A stretch of DNA of 64,000 bases from Tubiluchus corallicola (GCA_030141605.1 JAQGDQ010000510.1:1-64000); one strand, 5' to 3'; shown: positions 1 to 14,554, counted from the first letter of the stretch. The notes: generated by a model from the sequence alone, not told the origin. A program made the numbers and translations.

Positions 1-54
1 CAGGTTATATAATGATATCAATGAATAAATCAGTTGCTACTCCAGCTACTACTA

Positions 55-2885
55 GATGACAGAGGAATTCCTAGATGACAGATAACTTCCAAGAGGACTT
101 CCTAGAGGATTGGAGAAAGCCAAGAAGACAAACGTCTTCCTAGATGACTTCCTGGAGGACAGTAGAATACCAAAAGGGCAGATGACTTCCAAGAGGACAG
201 AAGACATCATAGAGTATTTCCTAGAGGTAATATTACTTAATAAAGGTTAGAAGACTTAAAATAGAACAGAGGACATCCATGAGGACAAAGAACTTCTTGA
301 ATGACAGAAGTTATCCTTAAAAGACAGAGGACTTCCAAGGGGACAGAAGATGACCTTTGCCCTCTTGGAAGACTTCTAGGAGATCCACTGAACTCTAAGA
401 AGTCCTGTGTCCTCCTGGAAGTCTTCTGTATTTTTGGAAGTCCTCTAGAAAGACCTTTTGCTTCTAGAAAGTCCTGTGTCATCTAGAAAGTTCTCCAGGA
501 AGTCTTCCTTCCTATTGAGAGTAATCTGTCCTCTTGGAAGTCCTCTGTACTATTGAAGGCATCTTCTAGACCTTTGTCTTCTAGAAAGTCCTCTATCATC
601 CAGGATGTCCTCTAGGAGGACTTTTGTCCTCTTGGAAGTATTCTGTCCTCTATGAAGTCTTCTGTTGATTAGGAAGACCTCTGTCATCTAGCAAGTTCCC
701 AAAGTCTTCATAGAGGACAGAATAATTGCAAGAGGACAAAGGATTTCCAACACGACAGAAGTCTTCTTATAGACTTCCAAGAGGACGATGGTAAAAAGTT
801 TCATCTAGTAAGTTCTTCTGGAAATCTCCTGCCCTAAAAGATTTCTTATGTCCTCCTGGAGGTCTTCCATCTTCTAGAAAGTCCTCCAGGAAGACCTTTT
901 TTCTAGGAAGTCCTCTATGAAGACCTTTGTCTTTTAGGAATCCTCTGTCATTTAGGAAGTCCTCTGGGAGGTTCTCTGTCCTCAAGGAAGTCCCCTGCCC
1001 TTTTGCAAGTCCTCTGTCTTCTTGGAAGTCCTCTGTCCTTTTGGCATTTAGGAAGACCTCTGCCTTCCAGGAGGTCTTCTCTCCACTTGGACTACATTGT
1101 CCTCTGTCCTCAGCCCTCTTACAAGTCATCTAGGAAGGCACTTGTTTTCCTTGAAGTCCTCGGTTAAATAAAAAATTCTCTAAGAAGTCTTCTGTCCTAT
1201 TGGAAGTCCTTTGTCCTGTTGCAATTATTCTCTCCTCTATGAAGACCTTTGGGAACTTCCTAGATGACAAAGGACTTGCCAAAGGACTTTGTAGAGGACA
1301 GAATACTTCCAAGAGGACAGAAATCCTCCTGTAGGACTTCTTAGATGATAGAAGACTTCCTAGAAGACAGAGGTCTTCCTAGAGAACTTCCAAGGTAACA
1401 AAAGACTTCCAAAACGACAGAGGACTTCCAAGAGGACAGAAGACTTCATAGAGGATTTATTAGTGGTTAGATTACTTCTAAGAGGACAGAAGTCCTCATG
1501 AAGGATATCCAAAAGGACAGATGACTTCCTAAAACACTTCCTAGAGGATTGAAGACTTCCAGGAGGACAGAAGACTTCCAGAAAGACAAAGGACTTCCTA
1601 GAAGACAAAGGTCTTCCAAGATAACTTCCTGGAGGACATCCCAGAGGATTGAAGATTTCCAGTATGACAGACGGCCTTCTAAAAGACTTCCTAAATGACT
1701 GAGGATTCTCAGAAGATAAAGGTCCTGCTAGCGGACTTCCTCGAAGACAGAAGACTGCCAGGAGGACAGAGGACTTTCAAAAGGACAGAGGACTTCTTAG
1801 ATGACAGACGAATTCCTAGAAGACTTCCTAGAGGATAGAAAACTTGCAAGAGGACAGAGGTCTTTCAGAAGGACAGAGGACTACCTAGAAGACAAAGGTC
1901 TTCCTGTAGGACTACATAGAGGACAGAAGACTTTCAATAGAACAGAGGACTTCCAGCAGGAGACTTCTTAGAGGCCAGAGGATCTCCTAGAAACTTCCAA
2001 TAGGACAAAAATCCGTAGTTGGCAAAGGAATTTCTAGAAAACAAAGGTCTTCCTAGAGGGCTACCTAGAGGATAGAAGACTTCCAAGAGGACAGATTATT
2101 TCCAAGAAGTCAGAAGTCCTCCTTGAGGGTTTCCTAGATGATAGAGTTCTCTAGGGGATTCACTGATTTCTAAGTAGTCCCCAGTCTCCTAGAAGTCTTC
2201 GGTTTTAGCATGTCCTCTAGGAAGATCTTTGTTTTCTAGAAAGTCCTCTGTCATCTAGGAAGTTAACCAGGAAGTCTTCTGTCCTATTGAGAGTAATCTG
2301 TCTTCTTGGAAGTCTTCTGTCTGCTTGGAAGTCCTATGTCTTTTTGGATCACTTCTGTCATTCGAGAAGTTCTTTGTCCTCTTGGATGTCCTATGTCCTA
2401 TCTTAAGTCTTCTATCCTCTATTAAGTAATATTACCTCTAAGAAATCCTCTATGAAGTCTTCTGTCCTCTTGGAATCCTCTGCCCGTTTGGTAGTCTTTT
2501 GTCCTTCGGGAAGTCATCTAGGAAGTCATTTCTCTTCTTGGATATCTTCAGTCCTCTAAGAAGTCCTCTAAGAAGTCTTCTAGGAAGTCATCAGTCATAT
2601 AGGAATTCCTTTGTCTTCTAGGAAGTTGTCTTTCCTTTTGGAAGTCCTCTGTCCTCTGAGAAGTCCTCTGTCCTACTGGAAGTCTTCTGTCTTCTAGAAA
2701 GTCCTCTGTCGTCTAGGAAGTACTCAAGGAGATCCTCTCTATTCAAAGAAGTCTTCTGGGATATTGGAAGTCTTCAATCCTCTAAGACGTCCTCTAGGAA
2801 CGCCATTCCGTCTTTGGAAGTAGTTTATCATCTAGAAAGTTCTCCTGGAAGTCCCCTGTCTTTTTGGATGTCTTCTGTCTTCTAT
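55..2885. repeat. Degenerate ~20-bp satellite (GAGGACTTCCTAGAAGACAG-like), array 1, with internal orientation switches
   Basis: Continuous variants of gaggacag/aggacttcc/ctagaaga. Strand flips near 355, 705, 800, 1250 and 2155. Bases ~55-330 are the reverse complement of ~2340-2620. Confidence 0.95.
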
Positions 2886-3135
2886 CATGGCACCCAAATA
2901 CAGCATTTCATTAAAGCAAGTAAGTCAAAGCACTGTTAGTCAATCTCAATCCTCGTCGTCTGTTACACGTGCGAGTTCTTTAATTTTCTTATTAGCTGCA
3001 ACGGAAGCAGCACGTTTGAGCTTAGCAGATGTAGGAGTAGCTGGAGCAGCATCAACAACTTCACATTGTGATGATACAAGCCTTTGCTTCTCTAACCCAC
3101 TTATGAAAGTTAGTTATGAAGTTGAACACTTGTTC

Positions 3136-4706
3136 AATCATCCCTGTTGTCTACTGAGTATGACACAGATATTTTTCCTTACAACTAGGTTTTGTGGGTT
3201 TACTAATAATAATCAGTTATAAAAGTAAATTGTGCCATATTTACAGCTGAAAAACAATATCGTTTTGTGTGCTTTAGATTATGAGGAAGCTGACTGACTG
3301 ATTGATTGATTGGCTGACTGACCGACTGACTGACTCACTCACTCAATACCTGCTTGACTGAATGAATGACTTGATAATTTATTGACTCACTTGCTGGCTG
3401 CCTGACTGACTGAATGGCTGACTTACTGATTGAGTGACTCACTCACTCTCCTACTCACTCAATCATTCACGCACGGCAAAATACCTACAATATGCAATAT
3501 ACAGCAAATCGTTAAGCAAGTGATTTAATGTTTAGCTTACTGATATTCTTAGGTAATGAAGTTAATTGCAGTTAACCGGCGGGTCAAAGCAAACATTAGG
3601 CTAGCATAATTAATGTATGATCAATGTTCCTGCTTACAAACAAAAGGATAGAAGCAAAAATGTTTTATTCACTTACCGACAATTTTTATGTACATATAAA
3701 TAGAAACGGCCTGTACCAGGCGTTTTTGAATAAATCAAGTGGCTGAGTCTATTAACACCGAGTCTGATTAGCTGCGCCTACGGTCTTAGATTATAGCAAA
3801 ATTGTGACAACTTTTCCTTTAAACGCTCTGCGAACGTGAACCAGTCGTTGCGCTAGTTTGACTGGACTATTGCCTAGACATATACTATACTGTTATAAAT
3901 ATAAATTCTGTACTTTGTACTTTGTAAGTGTTAATTGAGCTGGCTAAACTGATTTATTCATTGATATCATTATATAACCTGTGCGCAGTTTATTGAAAAC
4001 AAAATCGCTTTATAAAATGTTTTGAAAAGCTACTGAAGGTTGGTCATTACCTGCCTGTTCATACCTGATTAGGTGTTACCTGGGAAAATTCCTCCTTTAG
4101 AAAACTGGATTATAATTATCAGCAGTTTCAATCTGTAATGCGTCTATATAGCGAAATTTCAAATGATTGCTGCTCTTTGTGCTCTTAATTCGTTTCCACC
4201 TGAGGGTCTTATCAATTTGATCTTTCAATCTACCTGACATTCTTGGCTAAGAGAATTTGGTAAAACTTCTGTTAAATTTGTCTGCCCAGCTTTGCACATG
4301 CAGTTTACTTCAGGGGATTTGTCAAAATGTCTCAAACGATCTGTTCAAAAAATGGCAAAATAAGATTCAAATAAAGGATTGAGTTGTGAGCTGGGCTTAG
4401 AGCAGCGCATAGAACTTGATAAAATAATATTGTTTCAAAGGCATAAAAACCTCTTCAATTATTTTCCTGCATCAAATTTAATTTGATCGTCCTGGAATAT
4501 ACTTTATTTGTGTTCATTAAGTAGGTTAAATTATCATCATCATTGATTGAAATTGTTATGTAATTTAGGCAAAGTTCCTTAAAATTAGAACATGTATGTA
4601 AGGCAAATATCAGTATTGTGTTTTTAACAGAAATTTTAAAAGCTTTAGCTGTTATTTGCGAGTATTAAGAAGAAATGTCTCAGTTGGTTTGTTTAAGAGG
4701 ATTTGG
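3136..4706 (+). repeat. Segmental duplication A, copy 1 (pairs with 11135-13067)
   Basis: Near-identical from aatcatccctgttgtctactgag to gtttaagaggatttgg. Includes a TGAC/ACTC tetranucleotide tract at ~3290-3470. Confidence 0.93.
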
Positions 4707-4741
4707 CCTTAGTCCCGCTGCTTTTTCAAGCAACAACAACC

Positions 4742-4745
<4 letters not shown>

Positions 4746-4776
<31 letters not shown>

Positions 4777-4780
4777 CGCG

Positions 4781-4828
<48 letters not shown>

Positions 4829-4835
4829 CACACAC
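4746..4835. repeat. (CA)n microsatellite
   Basis: Direct inspection. Confidence 0.98.
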
Positions 4836-6240
4836 GTGTGCCACCCCCCTCCTTGTGAACAATCGTGGATAAATTTCTCTCATATCTTAAACATCAGTCT
4901 TCAAAATGGCGATGCAATTTACCCTGTGTTACATTTCTGAATTACAGAATCGCTCTTTGTGCAATATGAAAAGCTCTTCAAGGCTGGTCATTACCCACCA
5001 GGGATATAATCCTGGGAAAATTCCTCACACTAATTTAAAATGAGGGATTATAATTACCATTGAATTCAATCATTATTATGTTGTCCAAGTGAATTACTGA
5101 AAATTATAGCTGCTCTTTGTGAGTTACATACAAAGGTTATCTGAAGTGCGCTAATGGATTTGATGAGGCTGATAATAAAAGACTTAATCTCTTTGTAAAC
5201 GGTATTTATCGTGTCTCAAGATAGGATATCATATCAAAGGATATCATAAAATGATGTAATTGAAATAACTATCGTGCTTTGTGTGCAGCGAGCAGAGCGC
5301 ATCAGAACAGAGCAAAGCAGAACAAAGTGGCTTGTGTGGCAGGATTTTATAAAATTATAATTATATCTATTAGCCGGTGTTTCTGCTAGGGAGTAGACAG
5401 CATCTCAAGTGCAGCAGAGCAGGATTTCATAATGTCATAATTACTTCCATTAGTTGTAGTTTGCGATCTTGGATTTCAAATGGTTATATAAAAAAACTGT
5501 GCAAAGATCGCGCAAAAACTGCGCAAAGATCCCGCTAAAACCGCGCAAAAACTGTGCAAAGATCACGCAAAAACCGCGCAAAGACTGTGCAAATATCATT
5601 GTTCTATTATCAATAAATTGCACCGATTCAATAATTCGTGTAAAAACTGTTCTATGACAAATTTCAAATGACAGACAGTTCTATAAACTTCTTCCCTCTC
5701 TGCCCTGCTAACAAGCAGGATGTTAACTTGAATTATAAATCTGATTAAATCCTGTAAACCAGACAACTTGAGGCAAACTCATTATTTTCAAAGAATGTCT
5801 TTATTAAATTTATAAACCTGTTAAAAACTTCAACTACAGACAACATGCTCTAACAAAGAGCGGCTATAGTTGTCGATAATTCACAGTGACAGCATAATAG
5901 AGATTAAAACCAATGATAATTATAATCCTTCATCTTAACGTGATTAAAAGAATTTTCCCAGGATTATCCCGGGTGATACGTCTGGATGAACGCTGAGCAA
6001 TGACCAACCTTGAAGAGTTCTTCATAACACACAAAGACGCTTCTATTATCAATAAATTGCACCGATTACAAAATGATTGAAATTACGTTTAATTTTAATC
6101 TGGCTTTGTAAACTGATGCGAGGAATTTTCCCAGGATTATGCCGGGTAGTTTGGCTGGATGAACGCTGAGCAATGACCAACCTTGAACAGTTTTTCAAAA
6201 CACACAAAGACGCTTCTATTATCAATACATTGCAGAGTAA
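4835..6240. mobile_element. Fold-back / MITE-like non-autonomous element, copy 1
   Basis: Left arm (~4950-5450, ttcaaggctggtcatt...cctgggaaaattcctc) is mirrored by a diverged reverse-complement arm (~5700-6240, gaggaattttcccagg...aatgaccaaccttgaa). The centre is a short aaaaactgtgcaaagatcgcgc tandem (5490-5595). An inverted copy lies at 29410-30585. No TSD identified. Confidence 0.6.
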
Positions 6241-6714
6241 TTCACCTGAGAAAATTCCTCCAGTCTATTTAGAAAATTGGTTTATACTTATCAGCAATTT
6301 CAATCAGTTTTAAGCTTTTGATGTGAAAATTACAGCTGCTCTTTGTGTTTTGTAAGGAACGTCTCAAGTGGTTTGCATCGTAGGTTATTATCATTAAATT
6401 TATCTGACATTCTTTAAGCATCCACTCTGCCTCAAGTGGCCTGCAGAGAGGATATGATGGAGTTATCAGCAAAACGATCAGACATTCTTTGTAAATAACG
6501 CAGCCAAATAAAATGCCTTCAGAGGTTTTGATGAATTTATTAAAATTACCATCAACTTTTTCTGACCTCCGTTGTTACTTTTAGGGCAGATCACTATTTA
6601 CGAATGAAGAAAAATTTTAAATCTTTAACAATTTTCCTTGAATTTATATTACAACTTCGAAATCTTGTCCCCAGATTTCATAAAATGACAATTTGTGGAC
6701 CAATCATGCCACAC

Positions 6715-7300
6715 TCTCTTTTCACACAAAAGAGCAGCCCAAAGCTTTTTTTAAATATTTTAAAGGATTTGAGCTGAGACGCCGTTCATGCCGTGCAAAC
6801 AAAGAAAGATTTTAATCATGAGCAATTTTGTCTGGAATTTGATAATGACTGAAACGAGCCAGAAATAATAATCCCCACTTTTGAAATTCGACGGCAGATT
6901 TCACAAAACTCTAAATTACAGACCAATTTAAACGTTCTCCACACACAAAAGAACAGCCTAAGGGTTTTTAAAATCTTCTAAAGTAATTGAGCTAAGACCC
7001 GGTTTATGCTCTGCTCATAAAGAAAGATTTAATCTTCAGCAATTTCGTCTGGAATTTAATAATAATGAAACTCACAGAAAATAATAACCCTCGCTTTTGA
7101 AATTTATAATATTTGCAATCTTGAGACATGCTCTCTGCACACAAAAGCGCAGCTTATTTATAATCCTTTTGAAATATTTAACTGAGTGGCAGGTTAACTC
7201 CCTGGAGACAAAGAAAGATTTTAGTCCCCAATAATTTCATCTGGAATTTAATAACAATTGATATTCTGACAATAATAATAATAATCTCGTTTTTTGAAGG
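6715..7300. repeat. Three diverged ~200-220-bp tandem units
   Basis: cacacaaaag..gcagc / aaagaaagatttt / tctggaattt recur at ~6722, ~6940 and ~7138. Confidence 0.8.
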
Positions 7301-7483
7301 TTCAGCAAATTTCTCAAAAATCTAACCTGCGTGAGATCTCCTGGGTAATGACCAACCTTGAAATGTTTGCTCCCCTAAATAAACACCTAGACTCCAATTT
7401 CTGACAACTTTTGGAAATTTCAGAGGAAATTTCTCCTGTTGCTTCCCACTGAATTCTTTTTTTTATATAATTCATTTTTGCAA

Positions 7484-7625
7484 CAACTGTGTCGTCATTT
7501 TCATTGTTGCTGCTGCTGCTCCACCTTCTTCTCTTGCTAGCGCTATTGTTTTTGCTGTTGTTGTTGTTGTTACTGCTGATGATGTTGATGATGATGATGA
7601 CGCTAATGATGTCACTTTGGCTGTT
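7484..7625. repeat. Compound trinucleotide microsatellite (TTG/CTG/ATG)
   Basis: Direct inspection; it explains the overlapping poly-L/N/T ORFs. Confidence 0.92.
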
Positions 7626-8529
7626 GCTTTTCTTTCTACAAGCTTTACACATAATTCCGCAAGAAGCAATTGATGCTTTTGTTCCCAGAAATAAGCTTTA
7701 TCTCAATATCAGTCTTGAGGCAAAATCTTAAGCAATCGTTTTTTCTAATTTATATCCCTGAATGGGAGGCGCTCTATTAGCTCTAATCATTTTAAAATTG
7801 TAGCAAAATTGTCAGGCTTAAGAAGTATTACAAGCAACTACATTTTTCTTGTAGAATTTCACATTTCTTTGTTAGGTGGTTGTGTGTCGTTGTCAGTTAT
7901 CGTCTACGATTCTAGGATTATCCAGATGGCGTATGTAATTGGGTGGGTGACCAAGCTTAGATCTATCAACACACACAATGAATGACTCTTTTTTCAAAAG
8001 TAAAACAAGTCTCTCTAATATAAAAACACGAATTGTTGAAAATTGTAAACTGATACTAGGAATTTTCCCATCTTTGCTATACATGTCTAAATTGATTAAT
8101 TTTAAAATTTTGAGACACAAAAAGCGATTTTCATTTTCTTAGTGAGGTTGGTTGTTACGTAATTATTTCAGTCACAGATGATACAATTTAATGAATTGTC
8201 CTGAGGAATTTTCACACGATTATCCTTGAAGAGTTTCCCACCTTGAAGAGTTTTTCCTAACTCACAAAGATGCTTCCATTATAAAGAAATTGTGCCCCAT
8301 TACACAATGATTGAAATTACGTCTAATTTTAATGCAACTTTTTAAATTTAATGTGAGGAATTTTCCCAGGATTATGGATAACATTGTTAATGCATGCACG
8401 CAGGCATCACAGAAAGTTTTGGGTCGCTCTACAAACTGAGCAAAGACGATTTTTGGCAATATCGAAAATTTGTATGTGATTTTTAGATGAATAAAACGTT
8501 TATGCGATTATCCATTTTAAGGTAAACCT

Positions 8530-11125
8530 TTAAGTCTTCTGCGCTTTTGGTAGTCTTTTGTCCTCCAGGAAGTCATCTAGGAAGAAATTTGTCTTCTTGG
8601 ATATCTTGAATCCTCTACGAAGTCCTCTAGGAAGTCTTCTAGGAAGTCATCTGTCATCTAGGAATTCCTCTGTCATCTAGAAAGTCTTCTATCCTTTTGG
8701 AAGACCTTTGTCCTCTTGGAAGTCTTTTATCCTCTTGGAAGTCATCTAGGAAGACCTTTTCTTTCCTAGGAAGTCCTCTGTCCTCTTGGTAGTCATCTGT
8801 CCTCCTGGAAGTCTTTTATCCTCTAGGTAGCCCTCTAGGAAGACTTCCAAGATGTCAAAAGACATTTCTATAAGGCAGAGGACTTCCATGAGGACAGAAG
8901 ACTTCTTAGAGGTCAGTAGATCTCCTAGAGGACTTCCCAGATGACAGAAGACATCCAAAAGGACGGAGGACTTCCAGGAGGACAGAGGCAATTCAAGATG
9001 ACAAAGGTTCTCCAAAAGGACAGAGGACTTCCTAGATGACAGATGAATTCCTAGAATACAGAAAACTTCCAGGAGGACAGAGGACTTCTAAAAGACAGAG
9101 GACTTCTTAGAAGACAGTGGATCTCCTAGATGATATCCTAAAAGACAGAAGACTTCCAAGAGGACAGAGGACTTGCAAAAGGGCAGGGGACTTCCAAAAG
9201 GACAGGAGTTTTCCTAGAGAACCTTTAGAGGACTTCCTAGAGAATTGAAAACTTTCAATAATACTGAGGACATTCTTGAGGACAGAGGACCTCCCAGAGG
9301 ACTTCTTAAATGGCAGAGGATTCCTAGAACACAAAGGTCTTCATAGAGGACTTCAATCCTCTAGGAAGTCCACTAAAAGTCCTCTAGGAAGACTTCTGTC
9401 CTATTGGAAGTCCTTTGTCCTCTGGCAATTACTCTGTCATCTATTAAGATCTTTGGGAACTTCCTAGATGACAGAGGTCTTCCTAATCAACAGAAGACTT
9501 CCTAGAGTACAGATGACTTCTTGTAGGTCAATGGATATACTAGAGGTCTTCCCAGATGTCAGAAGTCTTCCCAGAGGACTTCTTAGAGGAATCAAAACAT
9601 CCAAAAGGACAGAGGACTTCCGAGAGGACAGGTGACCTCCTAGAAGACTTCCTAAATGACTGAAGATTCCTAGAAGATAAAGGTCCTCCTAGTGGACTTC
9701 CTAGAAGACAGAAGACTGCCATGAGGACAGAGGACTTGTAAGAGGACAGAGGACTTCCAACAGGACAGAGGCCTTCCAAGATGACAGATGTTCTCCAAAA
9801 GGACAAAGGTCTTCCTAGATGACAAATGTCTTGCCAAAGGACTTCGTAGAGGACAGAATACTTCCAAGAGGACAGAAGTCATCCTGGAGGACTTCCTAGA
9901 TGATAGAGGACTTCCTAGAAGACAAAGGTCTTCCTAGAGGACTTCCAAGAGGACAGAAGATTTCCTAGATAATTTCCTAGAGGACTTCCCAGAGGATTGA
10001 AGACTTCCAGTATGACAGAGGTCTTCTTTGAGGACAGATGACCTCCTAGAAGACTTCCTAAATGACTGAGGATTCCTAGAAGATAAAGGCCCTCCTAGTG
10101 GATTTCTAGAAGACAGAGGACTTTCAAAAGGACAGAGGACTTCTTAGAAGACAGTGGATCTCCTAGATGATATCCTAAAAGACAGAAGACTTTCAAGAGG
10201 ACAGAGGACTTGCAAAAGGGCAGGGGACTTCCAAAAGGACAGGAGTTTTCCTAGAGAACCTTTAGAGGACTTCCTAGAGAATTGAAAACTTTCAATAATA
10301 CTGAGGACATTCTTGAGGACAGAGGACCTCCCAGAGGACTTCTTATATGGCAGAGGATTCCTAGAACACAAAGGTCTTCATAGAGGACTTCAATCCTCTA
10401 GGAAGTCCACTAAAAGTCCTCTAGGAAGACTTCTGTCCTATTGGAAGTCCTTTGTCCTCTGGCAATTACTTTGTCATCTATTAAGATCTTTGGGAACTTC
10501 CTAGATGACAGAGGTCTTCCTAATCAACAGAAGACTTCCTAGAGTACAGATGACTTCTTGTAGGTCAATGGATATCCTAGAGGACTTCCCAGATGTCAGA
10601 AGTCTTCCCAGAGGACTTCTTAGAGGAATCAAAACATCCAAAAGGACAGGGGACTTCCGAGAGGACAGATGACCTCCTAGAAGACTTCCTAAATGACTGA
10701 GGATTCCTAGAAGATAAAGGTCCTCCTAGTGGATTTCTAGAAGACAGAAGTCTGCCAGGAAGACAGAGGACTTTCAAAAGGACAGAGGACTTCCTATATG
10801 ACAGTGGAATTCCTAGATGACAGATGATTTCCTAGAAGACTTCCTAAAGAATAGAAGACTCGCAATAGGACAGAGGTCTTTCAGAAGGACAGAGGACTTC
10901 CTTGAAGACAAAGGTCTTCCTGGAAGACTACAAAGATGACAGAAGACTTTCAATAGGGCAGATGACTTCCAGGAGGACAGAGGACTTCATAGAGGCGGAT
11001 CTACTAGAGGACTTCCAATAGGACAGAAATCCCTAGATGACAGATGACTTTCTAGAAAACAAACTTCTTCCCAGAGGACTACGTTGAGGTTAAAAGACTT
11101 CCAAGTGGACAGATTACTTCTAAGA
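8530..11125. repeat. Degenerate ~20-bp satellite, array 2, containing a recent 1037-bp-offset duplication
   Basis: Same unit as 55-2885. Near-identical ORF pairs 9107/10144 and 9276/10313 are offset by 1037 bp. Confidence 0.95.
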
Positions 11126-11134
11126 ATAGTAGTA

Positions 11135-13067
11135 AATCATCGCTGTTGTCTACTGAGTATGACCCAGATATTTTTCCTGGGTTTTGTGGATTTACTAATA
11201 ATAATCAGTTATAAAAGTAAATTGTGCCATATTCGCAGCTGAAAAACAATATCGTTTTGTGTGCTGACTGACTGAATGGCTGACTTACTGATTGAGTAAC
11301 TCACTCACTCACCTACTCACTCAATCATTCACACTCTGCAAAATACCTACAATATGCAATATACAGCAAACCGTTAAGCAAGTGATTTAATGTTTAGCTT
11401 CTTGAAATTTTTAGGTAATGAAGTTAATTGCAGTTAACCGGTGGGTGAAAGCAAACATTAGGCTAGCATAATTAATGTATGATCAATGTTCCTGCTTACA
11501 AACAAATAGATAGAAGCAAAAATATTGAGTCATTTTATTCACTTACCAACAATTTTTATGTACATTTAAATGGAGACGACCAGTACCAGGCGTTTTTGAG
11601 TAAATTAAACGATTGAGTCTATTAACCGCTAGTCTGTTTAGCCGCGCCTATGGTATTAGATTATAGCAAAATTGTGACATCTTTTCCTTTAAACGCTCTG
11701 CGAACGTGAACCGGTAGTTGCGCTAGTTTGACTGGACTATTGCCCAGACATATACTATACTGTTATAAATATCAATTCTGTACTTTGTACTTTGTAAGTG
11801 TTAATTGAGCTGGCTAAACTGATTTATTCATTGAAATCATTATATAACCTGTGCGCAGTTTATTGAAAACAAAATCGCTTTATAAAATGTTTTGAAAAGC
11901 TACACAAGGTTGGTCATTACCTGCCTCCTCATACCTGATAAGCGTTACCTGGGAAAATTCCTCCTTTAGAAAACTGGATTATAATTATCAGCTGTTTCAA
12001 TCTGTAATGAGTCTTTATAGCGAAATTTCAAATGATTGCTGCTCTTTGTGCTCTTAAGTAGTTTCCACCTGAGGGTCTTATCAAATTGATCTTTCAATTT
12101 ATCTGACATTCTTTGCTTAATAGCCTGTCTCAAGTAGTTTCCACCTGAGGGTCTCATCAAATTGATCATTCAATTTATCTGACATTCATGGCTCAAGTAG
12201 TTTACTTAAGAGGATTTGTCTGCCCAGCTTTGCACATAAGATGCCTCATGCAATTTACTTCAGGGGATTTGTCAAAATGTTGATTAAAACAACAATAATT
12301 TCTACATTGTGTGTAACATGTCTCAAACGATCTGTTCAAAAAATGGTAAAATAAGATTCAAATAAAGAATTGAGTTGTGAGCTGGGCTTAGAGCAGCGCA
12401 TAGAACTTGATAAAATAATATTGTTTCAAAGGCATAAAAACCTCTTCAATTATTTTCCTGCATCAAATTTAATTTGATCGCCCTGGAATATATTGCTCTC
12501 CAAGGTTGTTATTTTCCCAGTCAGTCTGATCTTCCTGGGAACATTCCTGGAGTGCATTTACTAAATTGGATTATAATTATCAGCAAGACAGATCAGAGTT
12601 GCTCTTTGAATGCTAAGAAAAGCTCTCCAAGGCTGTTATTTTCCCAGTCAGTCTGATCTTCCTGGGAACATTCCTGGAGTGCATTTACTGAATTGGATTA
12701 TAATTATCAGCAAGACAGATCAGAGTTGCTCTTTGAATGTTAAGAAAAGCTCTCCAAGGCTGTTATTTTCCCAGTCACTCTGATCTTCCTGGGAACATTC
12801 CTGGAGCGCATTCACTGATTTGGATTATAATTATCAGCAGTTCAAATCAGAGTTACTCTTTGGATGTTATGAAAAGCCTGTCAAGTTGATTATTCCTAGG
12901 GAGTTGCACGTTGTTGAAATAATTCTGGGAGAATTCCTTAGACCTGGATTATAGTTATCAGCTATTTCCATCAGTATTGTGTTTTTAATAGAAATTTTAA
13001 AAGCTTTAGCTGTTATTTGCGAGTATTAAGAAGAAATGTCTCAGTTGGTTTGTTTAAGAAGATTTGG
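11135..13067 (+). repeat. Segmental duplication A, copy 2
   Basis: Matches 3136-4706, with an added short internal duplication (~12055-12190) and a 127-bp tandem block. Confidence 0.93.
12498..12960 (+). repeat. 127-bp tandem repeat, three copies plus a degenerate fourth
   Basis: ctccaagg at 12498, 12625 and 12752. The unit is related to the caagg...cctgggaa.attcct...attataattatcagca family. Confidence 0.92.
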
Positions 13068-14554
13068 TGAAATTATCTATTAAATGATCAGACATCCTTT
13101 ACAAACTGTGATTCTGTGCGTCATCCACGTGCTTGAACATGCTGCAGCAAAATTCACGATCTTTTCTTTACAACAGGGAAAAGCCAGCAAACGACCTTGA
13201 AGTAAAAAATATTAAATATCTGAACAGTAAACGAATCGAAGCTTTTATTACTTTGCACTATTACTTTATTACGAATCGAAGCTTAAGTCTTATTGCATTC
13301 TTCCTAGAAACTTTCTTCCCTTTTTTACCTTTTGTATCTATGAGTAACGATGTTGTGGCAAATGAGAACTCAGCTATTTAGGTTCCAAAAATGGTTTATT
13401 TTATTTGAAGGATTAAAGAAAATCATCTTCTTTATTATTTTCTTTTTTAATTTATGTCGAAAAGTTAGTTCCACTTATAGTATAATATAATATTGTAATA
13501 TAGTATGGTGTTTTGAAAAAATGACAACTCAAGGTTCTAACTCTGATTAAGAATTTTTATGTCTGAATTTAAAATTTTATGCACTTAAAACTCATTCTGA
13601 AAGCAAAAAATCTTTGAGCCTGCAATTTTTGTCAAAAATGTAATTATTTTTACAATTTTAGAAACAGAAACAGGAACAGTAATGTCTCCAAATCCAACAC
13701 ATTAAAAAGTTCTTAGCAAGAATTAGGTTTATTTTAGTGAAAACTTAACTACTTTTTCAATGCACAACATTTAGTTTTACTGGCAGCTCCTACAAGCTTT
13801 AATCCACTGTCATTTGAACTTAACCTGCTCACAGATATTAATCTTTATTCGAGAAAAATGTTGAAAACTCAACTATAACCTCCAGCAAAACACTGTTGAT
13901 ACGATTATAGAAACGTGGGCAAAGAGCGAAAGAAACGGATTAAGTTCTGTTACCAGAAAAACATGTGATTAAAATTTTCAGTCTAGCCACTGTCACATAA
14001 AATAAACATTTTAGAGATTTAAACATTAAGTACACTTAGAATTTAAAAACCCATTTGCTTCAAACACCTTAGGCTATCAATATTTAGTCTAGACACTGTC
14101 GTGTCAAGTATTGCTCATCTAAACACTATCCTTCAGCAAAACACAAGCTTAGTTCAGTTTTATAAAACTGTGGGAAATGAGCGTAAACACTTGTGATTCC
14201 AATTTCCAGTGTGGACACGGTCACGTAAGATATACTTGTTACATGAGTATAAATTGACTCTAACAGCCACAAATACTTTGAGCAGTTACGTTTACCCTGT
14301 CAATTCTTGTTTCAGAAAAAAAAACATTTCCTAAACGATTTGACAGAAAACTAAAGGCTTGACTTAGATGAAGAGCTCCAATAATTTGGGAATAAAAAAG
14401 TGCAATTTGCAAAATATATTATAATTATAATTATCAGCAATTTCAATCAGTTAATGTGTTTTTAATATAAATTTGAAAATATGTGAGTTGAAGGAACAAA
14501 TGCCTCAATTACTATAATTGATGTTTAATTATACAACTTGCCTAACTTAGTAGG

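Noticed and set aside
2887-3222. 111-aa ORF between the satellite and duplication A
   Set aside because: No recognisable motif; its 3' third runs into duplicated non-coding sequence
237-10777. Numerous 60-120 aa Ser/Lys/Arg/Leu-rich ORFs
   Set aside because: By-products of the ~20-bp satellite and of microsatellites; no domain signal
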